Assembly: GCA_964016885.1 (NCBI GenBank)
Contig: OZ024740.1
Span: 255,192,001-255,256,000 of the forward strand
Length of the DNA stretch: 64,000 nucleotides
Source of the DNA: Eledone cirrhosa
Lineage: Eukaryota
Reading direction: 5' to 3'
Shown: positions 24,701-36,157 of the stretch, piece after piece
How the letters are laid out: each line of letters begins with the position of its first letter
Numbering within the stretch: the stretch's first letter is position 1
Position numbers and translations under genes: made by a program
The notes under the pieces: generated by a model
What the model was told of the DNA's origin: nothing
Database searches by the model: none
Seen by the model: the letters and a program-made list of their open reading frames with translations, nothing else

Positions 24701-26267
24701 AGTGGCCGTATCTCTGTTCCAGGTATTATTTATCTCAGTACTCAGATCATTGTCTGCTTCGGGTGGTTCCTCCGTTCTCAGGACCTCTTCACCTTCATTT
24801 CCCACCGGCTCGCTTGTCTGGCATACTACACCCGCCATCTCCAAGCCATTCTCTCTGCTCAGTTCCTCCAGTTCCAGCTCGCTTATCCACCCATTAGTTC
24901 TTATTACCCGAGCCTGCCCGGCCAATTTTTGTTCATCTAATTTAAATAAACCAATCTCGTTCCAGATGTTATGCATCCGTCTCCTGTAGCCCCTCTCCTT
25001 GGGGTTACTTTTCAGGTAGCATTGCATAACAGTTCTATTCAATTCTTTCGTCCAGTTGGTTCTGGCCCCTTTCCTTCTTCTCCTTCCTCCAACATCAGCA
25101 GTATTTGGTTGACAGTCAGGTTCCTGCTGCTGAGCCAGGGGGCACCTGTTGGGTGAGAGTCTGTCACATGACGTTCTAGTCTCCATTTCACCGTTATTCG
25201 AACTGTTTATGTTCGATATTTAAACACTCTTATCGAGGATTGGCGAATGTATGTTTACATAGCCATCTGTGGATCCGCCATCCCACTTGGCCCTTGTGTG
25301 GCATTATCACCACGCTGTATACGAACACACATAAACAAACAAACACACAGGCAGAAAGGGCCCCAAAAATGAATAAGCATAAGTTTCATTGTAATGTAGT
25401 GTTCGAATGTCTGACTTAGTTTTAGTTTTTAAGTTTTACTTTTTCCCCCCTCTTCTCTGTCCGTCCGCCTGCTTCTCTCTTCATTCTTATTTTCTTTACG
25501 TTTTTGGGGTTTCTTTTTTTGTTTTTGTTTTTCTCTGTTTGTTTATCTCGTTTTTTGCTGTTGTTGCTGTGCTGCTTTGGTTTTGTTGTTTGTTTTTTCT
25601 TTTTTCTTTTGAGTCTATCTATATATTTTGATGCCTTCCTCTTTGTTAGTAGTAGGAATTCTATAATGTGGAAGTGGCAGCCAGCAGGGGGAAGTGGGAG
25701 ACTGGCGGCGGTAGCGATACTGAGACAGTGGTGGTGGTGATGTCGATACCGAGGCAGTGGTGGCGGTGATGTGACCGTATTACTGTAGTGATGGTGCTGT
25801 AGCGGTGGCAGTAGTGAAGGAGTCAAGGGGTGGTGGCGGCGGTGATGGGATAGTGGTGGTAATGATGGCCGTAGTGAGCGGTGGCGGTGAAGGTGAAAAT
25901 GTCGTTATCTGGCTGTTGTGTTTAGTGTACACAGATGATGGGGTGGGTGGTGTATCTAGTTGCTGGTGTTGGTGAGTTTAGCTGTCCTATATAGTGTAGC
26001 CAGAGGAGAGGAGGGGGGGGGGGTTCTTCTTCCATTTATAGCCATTTTCTTTTTTGGATATACAGTGTACAATACAAAGTTGAATATTTGAATATTTGAG
26101 CCTTATAACAATATATTTTGGGTCCGAATTTTTTGGGGCTCAAGCCGGGTGCTTTACGTAGCATTTGTACTAAGAGTTGTTATTTCACAAATGATTTAAA
26201 TATGTTAAAAATTCAAAACTTACGGGAGCGATTTCATGACCTCCGTCACCTCGTGCGTCTTCTTCCC
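21718..26267 (-). mobile_element. Young full-length R4/Dong-like non-LTR retrotransposon, copy 1
   Basis: About 1.07-kb 5' UTR, a single ORF and a short 3' UTR, bounded by (TTA)n. Dong-group R4 elements are known TAA-repeat targeters. Confidence 0.9.
21809..25186 (-). CDS. RT plus CCHC zinc knuckle plus restriction-like endonuclease polyprotein (1125 aa)
   Basis: YRPITCL, EQKG, DYRKAFD, GIFQGDSLSP, FMDD, YKYLG, GGRGL, CRICGEREETVAHIVSEC, RHD, RPD-X14-D and KxxxY motifs. A point change creates a stop about 5 codons earlier than in copy 2. Confidence 0.92.
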   Translation of the reverse strand: METRTSCDRLSPNRCPLAQQQEPDCQPNTADVGGRRRRKGARTNWTKELNRTVMQCYLKSNPKERGYRRRMHNIWNEIGLFKLDEQKLAGQARVIRTNGWISELELEELSRENGLEMAGVVCQTSEPVGNEGEEVLRTEEPPEADNDLSTEINNTWNRDTATEEMNADGLGQDSVDILNLVVDELNNDSGRPMNLRFVDRKKLKETTAKVNKVIPYLEARSLHQCNNILRATANTVRKLLGIKARGNNRQERAEPWWKKRLSGQIGEMRNDIGKLESILNGTLKNIGTKNRLEIKYKTRSKKLNIIIEELKQRIVAKSAKIRRYENRVSQYKQNRMFDNNQKMLFGQLEGKERGNDLIPGAEQTKTFWRGIWEQDVRHNAQAGWIETVQREIGEQAQQQTDLSITVETLKGQAKKLTNWKSPGPDGVQGYWIKHLTSHHPKLTAMFNDCLVSGEVPEWLTKGTTVLIMKDRIKGNDATNYRPITCLPVMWKLLTSIVSEEIYHHLHTNNLLPDEQKGCRKKSRGTKDQLLIDKMVMGNCRRRHTDLAMGWIDYRKAFDMVPHSWITKSLEIFRVADNIRQLLGRSMGSWETELTSTGVSLGSVKIKRGIFQGDSLSPLLFVLALMPLTIMLRKVRAGYKLGRGELTINHLLFMDDLKLFGKSEKELDVLVDTVRIFSSDICMQFGIGKCGVIVMKRGRLSRSNGIHIPTGEMIKEIDSEEGYKYLGVLEADGMKNKKMKELLRTEYIRRVRSVLKSHLNSRNAISAVNSRAVSIIRYSAGILRWNVAEQKEMDRKTRKLLTIYNMFHKRSDVDRLYLRRSEGGRGLISIEDCVQMEKNNLYKYVTYSKEPMLRTVLKEGTVGQGMSREEITSRRKSSLKGKSLHSTFFEKTEFRDPQTWNWLRRGDLKKATEGMLMAAQEQALKTKWLKHHIYKEEASPLCRICGEREETVAHIVSECKHLSQTHYKGWRHDVMGRVIHWHLCKVNNLPHSEKWYEHRPEAVMENNQVKVLWDFRIQTDKKLEHNRPDLVVVDKEKRSCLIVDVACPFDTRVQEKEREKINRYQDLKWEVKRIWNCHEVKVIPIVIGALGTISKSFQGWLKKIGPFTLFGTLQKACLLGTARTLR

Positions 26268-26296
26268 TATTATTATTATTATTATTGTTATTGTTA

Positions 26297-29200
26297 TTCC
26301 TTGAATCTCAGTCATTGATGTTGGTTAACTGGAAAGTCCGTTGGATTGAATATCAAGCCACTACCTGCAGCCTCAGATATTCAGGACGTATCGGAGGGTT
26401 CTTGCTGTTCCAAGCAAGCATGCCTTTTGAAGCGTTCCAAAAAGCGTGAAGGGGCCGATTTTCTTTAACCATCCCTGGAAACCTTTGGAGATAGTCCCCA
26501 GTGCGCCTATGACAATCGGGATCACTTTGACTTCATGGCAGTTCCAAATCCTTTTCACCTCCCACTTTAGGTCCTGGTATCGGTTAATTTTCTCCCTCTC
26601 CTTCTCTTGCACTCTCGTGTCGAACGGGCAGGCCACATCCACAATCAGGCACGATCTTTTTTCTTTGTCCACAACCGCCAGGTCAGGTCTATTGTGTTCC
26701 AGTTTTTTGACCGTCTGTATCCTAAAATCCCACAGCACCTTCACCTGACTGTTCTCCATCACCGCCTCTGGCCTATGCTCATACCATTTCTCAGAATGTG
26801 GTAGATTGTTTACTTTGCACAGGTGCCAGTGGATCACCCTGCCCATCACATCGTGTCTCCAGCCCTTATAGTGGGTCTGGGATAGGTGTTTACACTCGGA
26901 CACAATGTGAGCCACAGTCTCCTCTCTCTCTCCACATATCCTGCACAGTGGGCTAGCCTCCTCCTTGTAGATATGGTGCTTCAACCACTTCGTTTTGAGG
27001 GCCTGCTCCTGCGCAGCCATTAGCATTCCTTCTGTAGCCTTTTTGAGGTCTCCTCTTCTCAACCAGTTCCATGTCTGTGGATCTCTAAATTCAGTTTTCT
27101 CAAAGAAGGTACTATGAAGGGATTTTCCCTTAAGGCTGCTCTTCCTCCTTGATGTTATTTCCTCCTTGGATATCCCCTGGCCTACTGTCCCCTCCTTCAG
27201 TACAGCTCTGAGCATTGGCTCCTTACTATAGGTCACGTATTTGTATAGGTTGTTTTTCTCCATCTGAACACAGTCCTCTATGCTGATAAGACCTCTTCCA
27301 CCCTCAGATCTCCTTAGGTAGAGTCTATCGACATCACTCCTCTTGTGGAACATGTTGTAGATAGTCAATAGCTTCCTAGTCTTCCTATCCATTTCTTTTT
27401 GTTCAGCAACATTCCATCTCAGAATTCCCGCACTGTACCTAATAATAGACACAGCTCGGGAATTTACTGCGCTTATGGCATTTCTGCTGTTCAGATGTGA
27501 CTTCAATACGCTCCTTACTCTCCGAATGTATTCAGTTCTTAACAATTCCTTCATTTTTTTGTTCTTTATGCCATCAGCCTCCAGAACGCCCAAATACTTG
27601 TATCCTTCCTCAGAGTCAATTTCCTTTATCATCTCACCAGTTGGTATCTGGATCCCGTTACTTCTGCTCAACCTACCCCTCTTCATCACAATGACTCCAC
27701 ATTTACCAATACCAAGCTGCATACATATATCACTGCTGAAAATACGGACAGTGTCAACAAGCACATCCAACTCCTTCTCACTTTTCCCGAAGAGCTTAAG
27801 ATCGTCCATGAAGAGGAGGTGATTGATGGTAAGCTCTCCCCTTCCCAACTTGTATCCTGCTCTCACTTTTCGCAGCATAATGGTCAAGGGCATCAGGGCA
27901 AGGACAAACAACAGAGGGGACAGGCTATCTCCCTGGAAGATACCTCTCTTGATCTTCACGCTTCCCAAGGATACTCCAGTTGATGTCAACTCTGTCTCCC
28001 AGGACCCCATACTCCTGCCCAGCAACTGTCTGATGTTATCTGCCACCCTGAAGATCTCCAGGCTTTTGGTGATCCAGGAATGAGGCACCATGTCAAATGC
28101 CTTTCTGTAGTCTATCCATCCCATGGCAAGATCAGTGTGTCTCCTCCTGCAATTCCCCATTACCATCTTATCAATAAGCAACTGGTCCTTTGTACCACGT
28201 GACTTCTTTCGGCATCCTTTCTGTTCGTCCGGTAACAAGTTGTTTGTGTGGAGGTGATGGTAGATTTCCTCAGACACAATGCTCGTCAACAGTTTCCACA
28301 TTACGGGCAGACATGTGATAGGTCTATAGTTGGTAACATCATTACCCTTGATTCGGTCTTTCATTATCAGAACTGTGGTACCTTTTGTCAACCACTCTGG
28401 CACCTCACCCGACACCAAGCAGTCATTGAACATGGCCGTCAGCTTCGGGTGGAGGGATGTTAAATGTTTAATCCAATACCCCTGCACACCATCTGGGCCT
28501 GGTGATTTCCAGTTGGTTAGTTTTTTGGCTTGCCCCTTAAGAGTTTCAACTGTGATACTCAAATCAGTCTGTTGTTGTGCCTGCTCACCGATCTCCCTCT
28601 GTACTGTCTCAATCCACCCTGCCTGGGCATTGTGTCTAACATCCTGCTCCCATATTCCTCTCCAGAATGTTTTAGTTTGTTCCGCCCCAGGGATCAAGTC
28701 GTTGCCTCTTTCTTTCCCCTCAAGCTGTCCAAACAGCATCTTCTGGTTGTTGTCGAACATGCGGTTCTGTTTATACTGACTGACTCTGTTCTCGTATCGC
28801 CTGATTTTGGCACTCTTTGCTACAATGCGTTGCTTCAATTCCTCTATGATAATATTTAGCTTTTTACTCCTAGTTTTGTATTTTATTTCCAGTCTATTTT
28901 TAGTGCCTATGTTTTTTAGTGTCCCCTTCAGTAGTGACTCAAGCTTTCCTATGTCATTTCTCATTTCCCCGATTTGCCCACTCAGTCGCTTCTTCCACCA
29001 CGGCTCTGCTCTTTCTTGTCTGTTGTTTCCTCTCGCTTTTATACCAAGTAGTTTCCTGACCGTATTTGCTGTTGCTTTGAGGATATTGTTGCACTGGTGA
29101 AGACTCCTCGCCTCAAGGTATGGGATGACTTTGTTTACCTTAGCTGTTGTTTCTTTTAACTTTTTCCTGTCTACAAATCTTAGGTTCATAGGTCTCCCAC

Positions 29201-30622
29201 TATCATTGTTCAATTCATCTACCACTAAATTTAGGATGTCGACCGAATCTTGTCCTAGCTCGTCAGCATTCATCTCCTCAGTGGCCGTATCTCTGTTCCA
29301 GGTATTATTTATCTCAGTATTCAGATCATTGTCTGCTTCGGGTGGTTCCTCCGTTCTCAGGACCTCCTCACCTTCATTTCCCGCCGGCTCGCTTGTCTGG
29401 CATACTACACCCGCCATCTCCAAGCCATTCTCTCTGCTCAGTTCCTCCAGTTCCAGCTCGCTTATCCACCCATTAGTTCTTATTACCCGAGCCTGCCCGG
29501 CCAATTTTTGTTCATCTAATTTAAATAAACCAATCTCGTTCCAGATGTTATGCATCCGTCTCCTGTAGCCCCTCTCCTTGGGGTTACTTTTCAGGTAGCA
29601 TTGCATAACAGTTCTATTCAATTCTTTCGTCCAGTTGGTTCTGGCCCCTTTCCTTCTTCTTCTTCCTCAACATCAGCAGTATTTGGTTGACAGTCAGGTT
29701 CCTGCTGCTGAGCCAGGGGGCACCTGTTGGGTGAGAGTCTGTCACATGACGTTCTAGTCTCCATTTCACCGTTATTCGAACTGTTTATGTTCGATATTTA
29801 AACACTCTTATCGAGGATTGGCGAATGTATATTTACATAGCCATCTGTGGATCCGCCATCCCACTTGGCCCTTGTGTGGCATTATCACCACGCTGTATAC
29901 GAACACACATAAACAAACAAACACACGGGCAGAAAGGGCCCCAAAAATGAATAAGCATAAGTTTCATTGTAATGTAGTATTCGAATGTCTGACTTAGTTT
30001 TTGTTTTTTAAGTTTTACTTTCCCCCCCCCCTCTTCTCTGTCCGTCCGCCTGCTTCTCTCTTAATTCTTATTTTCTTTACGTTTTTGGGGTTTCTTTTTT
30101 TGTTTTTGTTTTTCTCTGTTTGTTTTTCTCGTTTTTTTGCTGTTGTTGCTGTGCTGCTTTGGTTTTGTTGTTTGTTTTTTCTTTTTTCTTTTGAGTCTAT
30201 TTATATATTTTGATGCCTTCCTCTTTGTTAGTAGTAGGAATTCTATAATGTGGAAGTGGCAGCCAGCAGGGAGAAGTGGGAGACTGGCGGCGTTGGCGAT
30301 ACTGAGACAGTGGTGGTGGTGATGTCGATACCGAGGCAGTGGTGGCGGTGATGCGACCGTATTACTGTAGTGATGGTGCTGTAGCGGTGGCAGCAGCAGT
30401 GAAGGAGTCAAGGGGTGGTGGCGGCGGTGATGGGATAGTGGTGGTAATGATGGCCGTAGTGAGCGGTGGCGGTGAAGGTGAAAATGCTGCTGTGTTTAGT
30501 GTACACAGATGATGGGGTGGGTGGTGTATCTAGTTTCTGGTGTTGGTGAGTTTAGCTGTCCTATATAGTGTAGCCAGAGGAGAGGAGGGGGGTGTTCTTC
30601 TTCTTCCATTTATAGCCATTTT
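26297..30622 (-). mobile_element. Young R4/Dong-like element, copy 2, head-to-tail with copy 1; lacks about 220 bp of the 5' terminus
   Basis: Nearly identical to copy 1; separated from it by (TTA)n at 26268-26296 and followed by (TTA)n at about 30635-30730. Confidence 0.9.
26373..29621 (-). CDS. RT-RLE polyprotein of copy 2 (1082-aa open frame; a frameshift near 29668 disconnects the ATG)
   Basis: Same motifs as copy 1 with an intact C-terminus (YVLNI). ttcctcaac here versus ttcctccaac in copy 1 indicates a 1-bp deletion. Confidence 0.85.
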   Translation of the reverse strand: MNRTVMQCYLKSNPKERGYRRRMHNIWNEIGLFKLDEQKLAGQARVIRTNGWISELELEELSRENGLEMAGVVCQTSEPAGNEGEEVLRTEEPPEADNDLNTEINNTWNRDTATEEMNADELGQDSVDILNLVVDELNNDSGRPMNLRFVDRKKLKETTAKVNKVIPYLEARSLHQCNNILKATANTVRKLLGIKARGNNRQERAEPWWKKRLSGQIGEMRNDIGKLESLLKGTLKNIGTKNRLEIKYKTRSKKLNIIIEELKQRIVAKSAKIRRYENRVSQYKQNRMFDNNQKMLFGQLEGKERGNDLIPGAEQTKTFWRGIWEQDVRHNAQAGWIETVQREIGEQAQQQTDLSITVETLKGQAKKLTNWKSPGPDGVQGYWIKHLTSLHPKLTAMFNDCLVSGEVPEWLTKGTTVLIMKDRIKGNDVTNYRPITCLPVMWKLLTSIVSEEIYHHLHTNNLLPDEQKGCRKKSRGTKDQLLIDKMVMGNCRRRHTDLAMGWIDYRKAFDMVPHSWITKSLEIFRVADNIRQLLGRSMGSWETELTSTGVSLGSVKIKRGIFQGDSLSPLLFVLALMPLTIMLRKVRAGYKLGRGELTINHLLFMDDLKLFGKSEKELDVLVDTVRIFSSDICMQLGIGKCGVIVMKRGRLSRSNGIQIPTGEMIKEIDSEEGYKYLGVLEADGIKNKKMKELLRTEYIRRVRSVLKSHLNSRNAISAVNSRAVSIIRYSAGILRWNVAEQKEMDRKTRKLLTIYNMFHKRSDVDRLYLRRSEGGRGLISIEDCVQMEKNNLYKYVTYSKEPMLRAVLKEGTVGQGISKEEITSRRKSSLKGKSLHSTFFEKTEFRDPQTWNWLRRGDLKKATEGMLMAAQEQALKTKWLKHHIYKEEASPLCRICGEREETVAHIVSECKHLSQTHYKGWRHDVMGRVIHWHLCKVNNLPHSEKWYEHRPEAVMENSQVKVLWDFRIQTVKKLEHNRPDLAVVDKEKRSCLIVDVACPFDTRVQEKEREKINRYQDLKWEVKRIWNCHEVKVIPIVIGALGTISKGFQGWLKKIGPFTLFGTLQKACLLGTARTLRYVLNI

Positions 30623-30659
30623 TTAAATTTTTTTTTTTATTTTTTTATTATTATTATTA

Positions 30660-30735
<76 letters not shown>

Positions 30736-30928
30736 CATATATATATATTTAATATATATGGCTTCTACAGGACTGTTTCACTCGATGGTAATGATCAGGA
30801 AACCCCTAAATCAAACATTATATACACTGGTGTATTGAGTAGCCTCTATACTGTGGTTACCCCCGATTAAATCCGACACACACACCCATACAACCACCCC
30901 CACCCCCACACATGTATATATATATATG

Positions 30929-31039
<111 letters not shown>

Positions 31040-31054
31040 GTATGTATGTATGTA

Positions 31055-33895
31055 GATTCCGGGTTTTATAATTTCACAGTTTGTTTCCCAATAAAGAGAG
31101 TCGGTTTCTAACATAGACACAAGACTCTCTCATTGGAATTTACACAACATCAACTAGGTAAATTATGTATGTACGCATGTGTAGATATAGATGTTATTGT
31201 ATGTGTGGATGTGTATGTTTTGAGTTGTATGTGTGCATGTGTATATGCTTTGTATCTGTACATGTATATATGCAGTAATTAGATGCAAAACCTTTGGAAT
31301 CTTTTACATATTTTTACTGTTCCATTAATGGATTGTACTTGTAATTTCCTCCCCAGTTGTGTTCTTTCTGTTCCCGTGAAGCCTAGCTTCTCAAGATTTG
31401 TATTGAGGCAGTTACTAACATACCCCAGTTCCCCAATAATCACAGGCATAAATCTGAAGGTGTAATCAGGGTGGAGTATCTGCAGATTTCTCATAAGTTC
31501 TGCATAAATATTCTCCTTTTCACTAATCTTTGATATAATATAGGCATCTACTGGGCAGCTAATTTCTACTACTGTACATGCTTTCTTCTCCCTGTCTCAT
31601 ATCATAATAACTGGTCTGTTATGTCTGTATTTTATTGGGATTTTTACTGGAACATTCCACCGGTACTCTTTCATATTATGTACATGGATGTCTTCCACAT
31701 TGCTGTAGCTTTTAATGTATTTATTATCGGGCTATCTTTTTTACGAACTGCATTGTACAGTGTTTTGGCCACTACATCATGCCTCATAGATAGATAGTAC
31801 CGCGATGACATCTTTGGACAGCTGTTGATGGCATGGGTGATATCCTCGATGTTAGTTCTGCAGAGTCTGCACATCTAGGTGTTTTGCTTACATCCCTATC
31901 TCTTTTATGAATCAGGTATTTCGTGTTAATCTCATGTTCATGGATTACAAAAGCGTATCCTTCAAAGTGGGAGCCAATATAGCGGTTTTTGGTCCAAGAT
32001 AGATTACTTTCCTTATCTATATTACTTTCACTCTGGAGCTTCCTGGCAATATATCCATGCATGATTTTTTGCTGATAAGTATGCAGTTTTTCATCCATGG
32101 ATTCACTGCGATACTGCTGAGCGACATCCCTGGGTGTGAGTTTTTGATTATCACACAGGGAATATCTCTCAAGTAGTTCCTTCCCAACTCTCATGATCTT
32201 ATCTGTTTCATGCAGATAGACTTGCTCGAGAAGCGGGCTCCTACGCTTCGAGGTTCGTAGATGTTGTCGGAGAGATATGATGCGACATTCAAATGTTGTC
32301 TGGACTGATGTTAGGCCTCTACCTCCCTACCTACGTTTCAAGTAAAGGCGGTCTATATCACTGTTGATGTGGAAGTTTTCGGTGTTGTTTAGTATTTTTC
32401 GAGTTCCAACAGCAACTGCTCGGATTTCGTTTATCGTCCAATTGAGTATTCCAAACGTTGGTGTTAGGACAGGCACAGCAAACACATTGTGAGCCACTGT
32501 TTTGTTTTGCGCAGAGAGTTCCGATGACCAGATCTTTCTTAATCGGGTGTAGTATTCCCTGGTTACGCGTTCTTTATTACAGATACCATTATAGGATATG
32601 TTCTCATCTATCCCCAGGTATCTGTAGCAGTCCTCATCAGATATCGGTGAAACAGTTAGGCCATTGATGACAATGTTGTTTTTCCCCGCTTTACAGTCAT
32701 GTATGAGCATTTATCTTGGCCAAACTCCATTCCTATATCCTTTGAGAACGTTGTAACCAGGTCAAGATTTTTCTTCATCCCATCTATGTTCTTGGCATAG
32801 AGTTTCAGATCGTCCACAAAGAAATGATGTGTTAGGTTCGTATTTCTGTCCTCCTGTGAGCCAATGATGTATCCCTCACATTTCTTGAGCAGAAAGGACA
32901 AGGGGTTTAATGTATAATATCACAGAGAGACTGTCCCCCTGAAATATACCCCTGCAATATTTTATTTTATCAGTGAAAATAGAATCCTCCCTCTCTGTCT
33001 TTAACCTTAGGATAGTAGCCCAAGAAGAAGACAGCCTCTTTATGGCTCTGACAATAATGTCTGGGACTTTAGCAAGCTGGAGGGCCTCTATCATCCAAGA
33101 GTGGGGAACAGAAACGAAAGCTTTCCTGTAGTCCAGCCAGATTGTAGCCATATTCCTCCTAAGTTGTCGCACCTCCGACATCGCAGTTTTGTTGATTAGG
33201 AGTTGTTCAGCACATCCCCAAACCCCTTTCTTTTCAGCTGCTTGTTCATCTGTGATGATGTTATTATTTTCACAGTGATCTTGGAGGAATAGGTTCATCT
33301 TATACATCGGTATTTCTTTTGCCAAGTGGGTGTCTTTGTTCTTGGGGACCAGTAATGTTTGTGATAATGTCAACCATTCTGGTATAAGTGTATCTCCCTT
33401 AAGAACTTGTTGGTAGAAGTCAGTAAGATACCTCCGATAAAATATCAGTTTTTTGTACCAGTAGCCGACAATCATGTCTCTTATCTTGGAGTTTTCCTAT
33501 CATAGTCTCAAGGGTACCCTCACTTATTTCGTATATTTTTGTTGTAGTGTAGGAGCAATAGTTCTTTCGGATTTCTCTTAGCCACACTGCATCTTGGTTG
33601 AAATTCTTTCACCCCATATTTTGCTCCAAAAGGAATCTAAGTCTTTCTGGGATGGGGCCTCAGTGACACTTATTATTTTGCCCTTCATATCTCTATAGAC
33701 TGCTGTTTGGTTTTGTCTGAATCTTTTATTAAGCACTTTTCTCTCATCTACCTTCTTTAGGTATCGACGTTTTTCGCTAACAACTCTCAATTCTTGTTTG
33801 AGGGTGATCAGCTTATATTGGAGAGTTCTGGTTCTACTGTTACCAAACATCGTCTCTATTTTATTTTTCACTCTTTGTTGGTGAGGAGTGAGGTT
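31055..33895 (-). mobile_element. Degenerate R4-like LINE of a third family; 3' end abuts (TATG)/(TA)n
   Basis: ORF fragments with WLDYRKAF, GIFQGDSLS, FFVDDLKLY, YRYLG, CRLC...H...C and RHD. Confidence 0.85.
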
Positions 33896-34149
33896 TTTTT
33901 GTGTTTGTTTGCATGTAAGGAGCATTGTCACTGTATGTGTATATGTAACTCTGTGTGTGTGTGGTAACTGTGAGAGACAAGACTTCGCTATTGTACAAGG
34001 AACTGTGTGTGTGTTGGGGGGGGGGGGGGGGAGAGAAAGTAACTATTAGCAGAAAAAGTGAAAGAGAGACGCTGTGTGTTTGTTTCTGTGTGCATTTATG
34101 TATGTGTGTGTGTGCATGTGTGTGTGTGACGACCCACAAAAGTCCAGAA

Positions 34150-35351
34150 TCGTCTTAACCTATAAGATAAAAGTATCAGTTGAATCCTTAACAATATTGC
34201 GTTAGCTTTTATAAAGTTGTTTTCACCAGTCTTTGATTTCATAGAACACAGAAACAATTGATACTATTTGAAATTAATCTACGGTGTATATTAATTTAGC
34301 TTTTTGAGGATAGTGTCACATGTTATTGACTTAATTATGATGACAGTGTCAACCTATTCTCTAAGGCTGCTATTTGCATTTATTTCTATTTTTTAAATAT
34401 TGCTTTGTATTGCTTTTTCACGATATTTTCCAAGAAAATTAATTTCACCATGTCACCAAAACACTATCGGGGAAGTTACAATGTCCGCCAAGCGGTTGAA
34501 ATCTGCAAGCGAATGAGAAACTCACGAACAATACAAAAAAGACTTGGAAATAAAGTCATATGAGACGGCAAAGAGAGTTTAAACAAGAAAAAAGACGATC
34601 GTAACTTTCTGAAAGTGTAGAGAACCTGAGGCAGGAAACAGAAAGATTAAGGCAAGAAGAAAGACTATCGCAACAAACAGAGGTTTGAAAATCACCAAGA
34701 GGCGATGAGAGTTGCGATGCACACTCGACGAGCATAAAGGATCTTCAAGGCAGAAAATAAACTGCGTTTTCATAGAAGATCCATAGAAGAAGATTCATAG
34801 AAGATCCATAGAAGAAGATTCATAGAAGATCCATAGAAGAATTATAGAAATGATCCTAAAGTCACGATTGGTAGCATGGATATTACTGTGTTGCTTAGGA
34901 GGAAATATCAAACTTCCACTGATAGCGGACCCTCCAACTTTTATCCATATACTGCTTACAGACCGTACTAACGAAGCTAAACAGTTCAGAAGCAATGCTA
35001 TGCGATATATTACTGTATTTCAGATGACGTCCTTTGGAGCTGAAAAAGGTCATACTGACTATGGCTATTTCACATTTAAAATCCAAGGCCAATGCTACCA
35101 TTTAATCAGCAGTTTACTCCCTCAGCCTAATAAAGAAGTTTTATGATAAATTTTTATTTCTCTCCCCACCCCCTCTCTTTCTCTTTCTCTCTCTTTCTCG
35201 CCCCCCCCCCCCTCCCCCCACCTCTCACACACACACACATTACGGTCTCACCTCATACTGTAAACCAAACAACACGTCCAATACAGTCGTTTTCTCTTTT
35301 ATCCTTCTTCTCTTAACTGTTCTCCCGGGCGAAGCCGGGTACCCCAGCTAG
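34150..35351 (+). mobile_element. Internally deleted Helitron
   Basis: ORF 34850..35146 (CCLGG.IKLP, FQMTSFGA, FKIQGQCYH..SLLP) matches the N-terminal region of Helitron Rep/Hel. 3' hairpin CCCGG-GCGAAG-CCGGG (35324-35339) followed by CTAG|T at 35348-35352. The 5' A|TC at 34150 is tentative. Confidence 0.8.
34772..34842. repeat. Short tandem repeat of catagaagat(c/t) units
   Basis: About 6 units of 11-14 bp visible directly. Confidence 0.8.
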
Positions 35352-35768
35352 TACACACCCACACATATATACATCCGTGTGTAAACATGTGAGTCTGTGG
35401 CCAAGCAATCTAATCCAGATTACGCTAATAGCTCCCATAATTATTTTAATAAACAGTTTAAACAGTTTTTTTAAATAATCAGATAAGCCAAGGATTTAGC
35501 GTTCAATCTACCGGTGATTAATTACATCATCTCCGACTGTTTGATTAATCAGGTCTTAATTACGTATATTTCACTGTCACCAGCGCTGACTGTTTGCCTA
35601 TTTTTCTCTCCCCGTCCTCTGCTGGTTGTTATGCAGTCCATTGTATGAATGTATATCTAGGGCGGGAGAAATTCTCCAGATCCATGGACGAGTTCTCTCC
35701 AGCAGTCCCTTTCCTTCATCGTCGCCGCTATGCCACGCGTCTCCCAGAGACAAGTGTCTGTCCTTAGA

Positions 35769-35802
<34 letters not shown>

Positions 35803-35804
35803 TG

Positions 35805-35910
<106 letters not shown>

Positions 35911-36064
35911 GTTATATTTGGGGAGAGTCATATTGTTATAAAACTGCCAGAAATATATAATAAAATACACTCACTGTTTGGTTTGGGTTGCTTTTCGCTT
36001 CCGTATATTTTATATCCCTGTAGGTAATTTAGATGGTAATCAATGTTTATCATTGGTTGAACAA

Positions 36065-36151
<87 letters not shown>

Positions 36152-36157
<6 letters not shown>

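Noticed and set aside
26200-26267. Possible HDV-like ribozyme at the conserved R4 5' terminus
   Set aside because: I could not build the P1/P1.1/P2/P3 nested pseudoknot on the sense strand by eye; a descriptor search is needed.
21867-29568. Plus-strand ORFs overlapping the R4 polyproteins
   Set aside because: Antisense shadows of the LINE ORF with no recognisable motifs; they recur only because the element is duplicated.
30760-30804. Hammerhead-like motif on the minus strand (GGUUUC-CUGAUCA...GAAA-CAG-uc-CUG-UA-GAAGCC)
   Set aside because: G8 is replaced by C without compensation and stem II barely pairs; at best a decayed copy.
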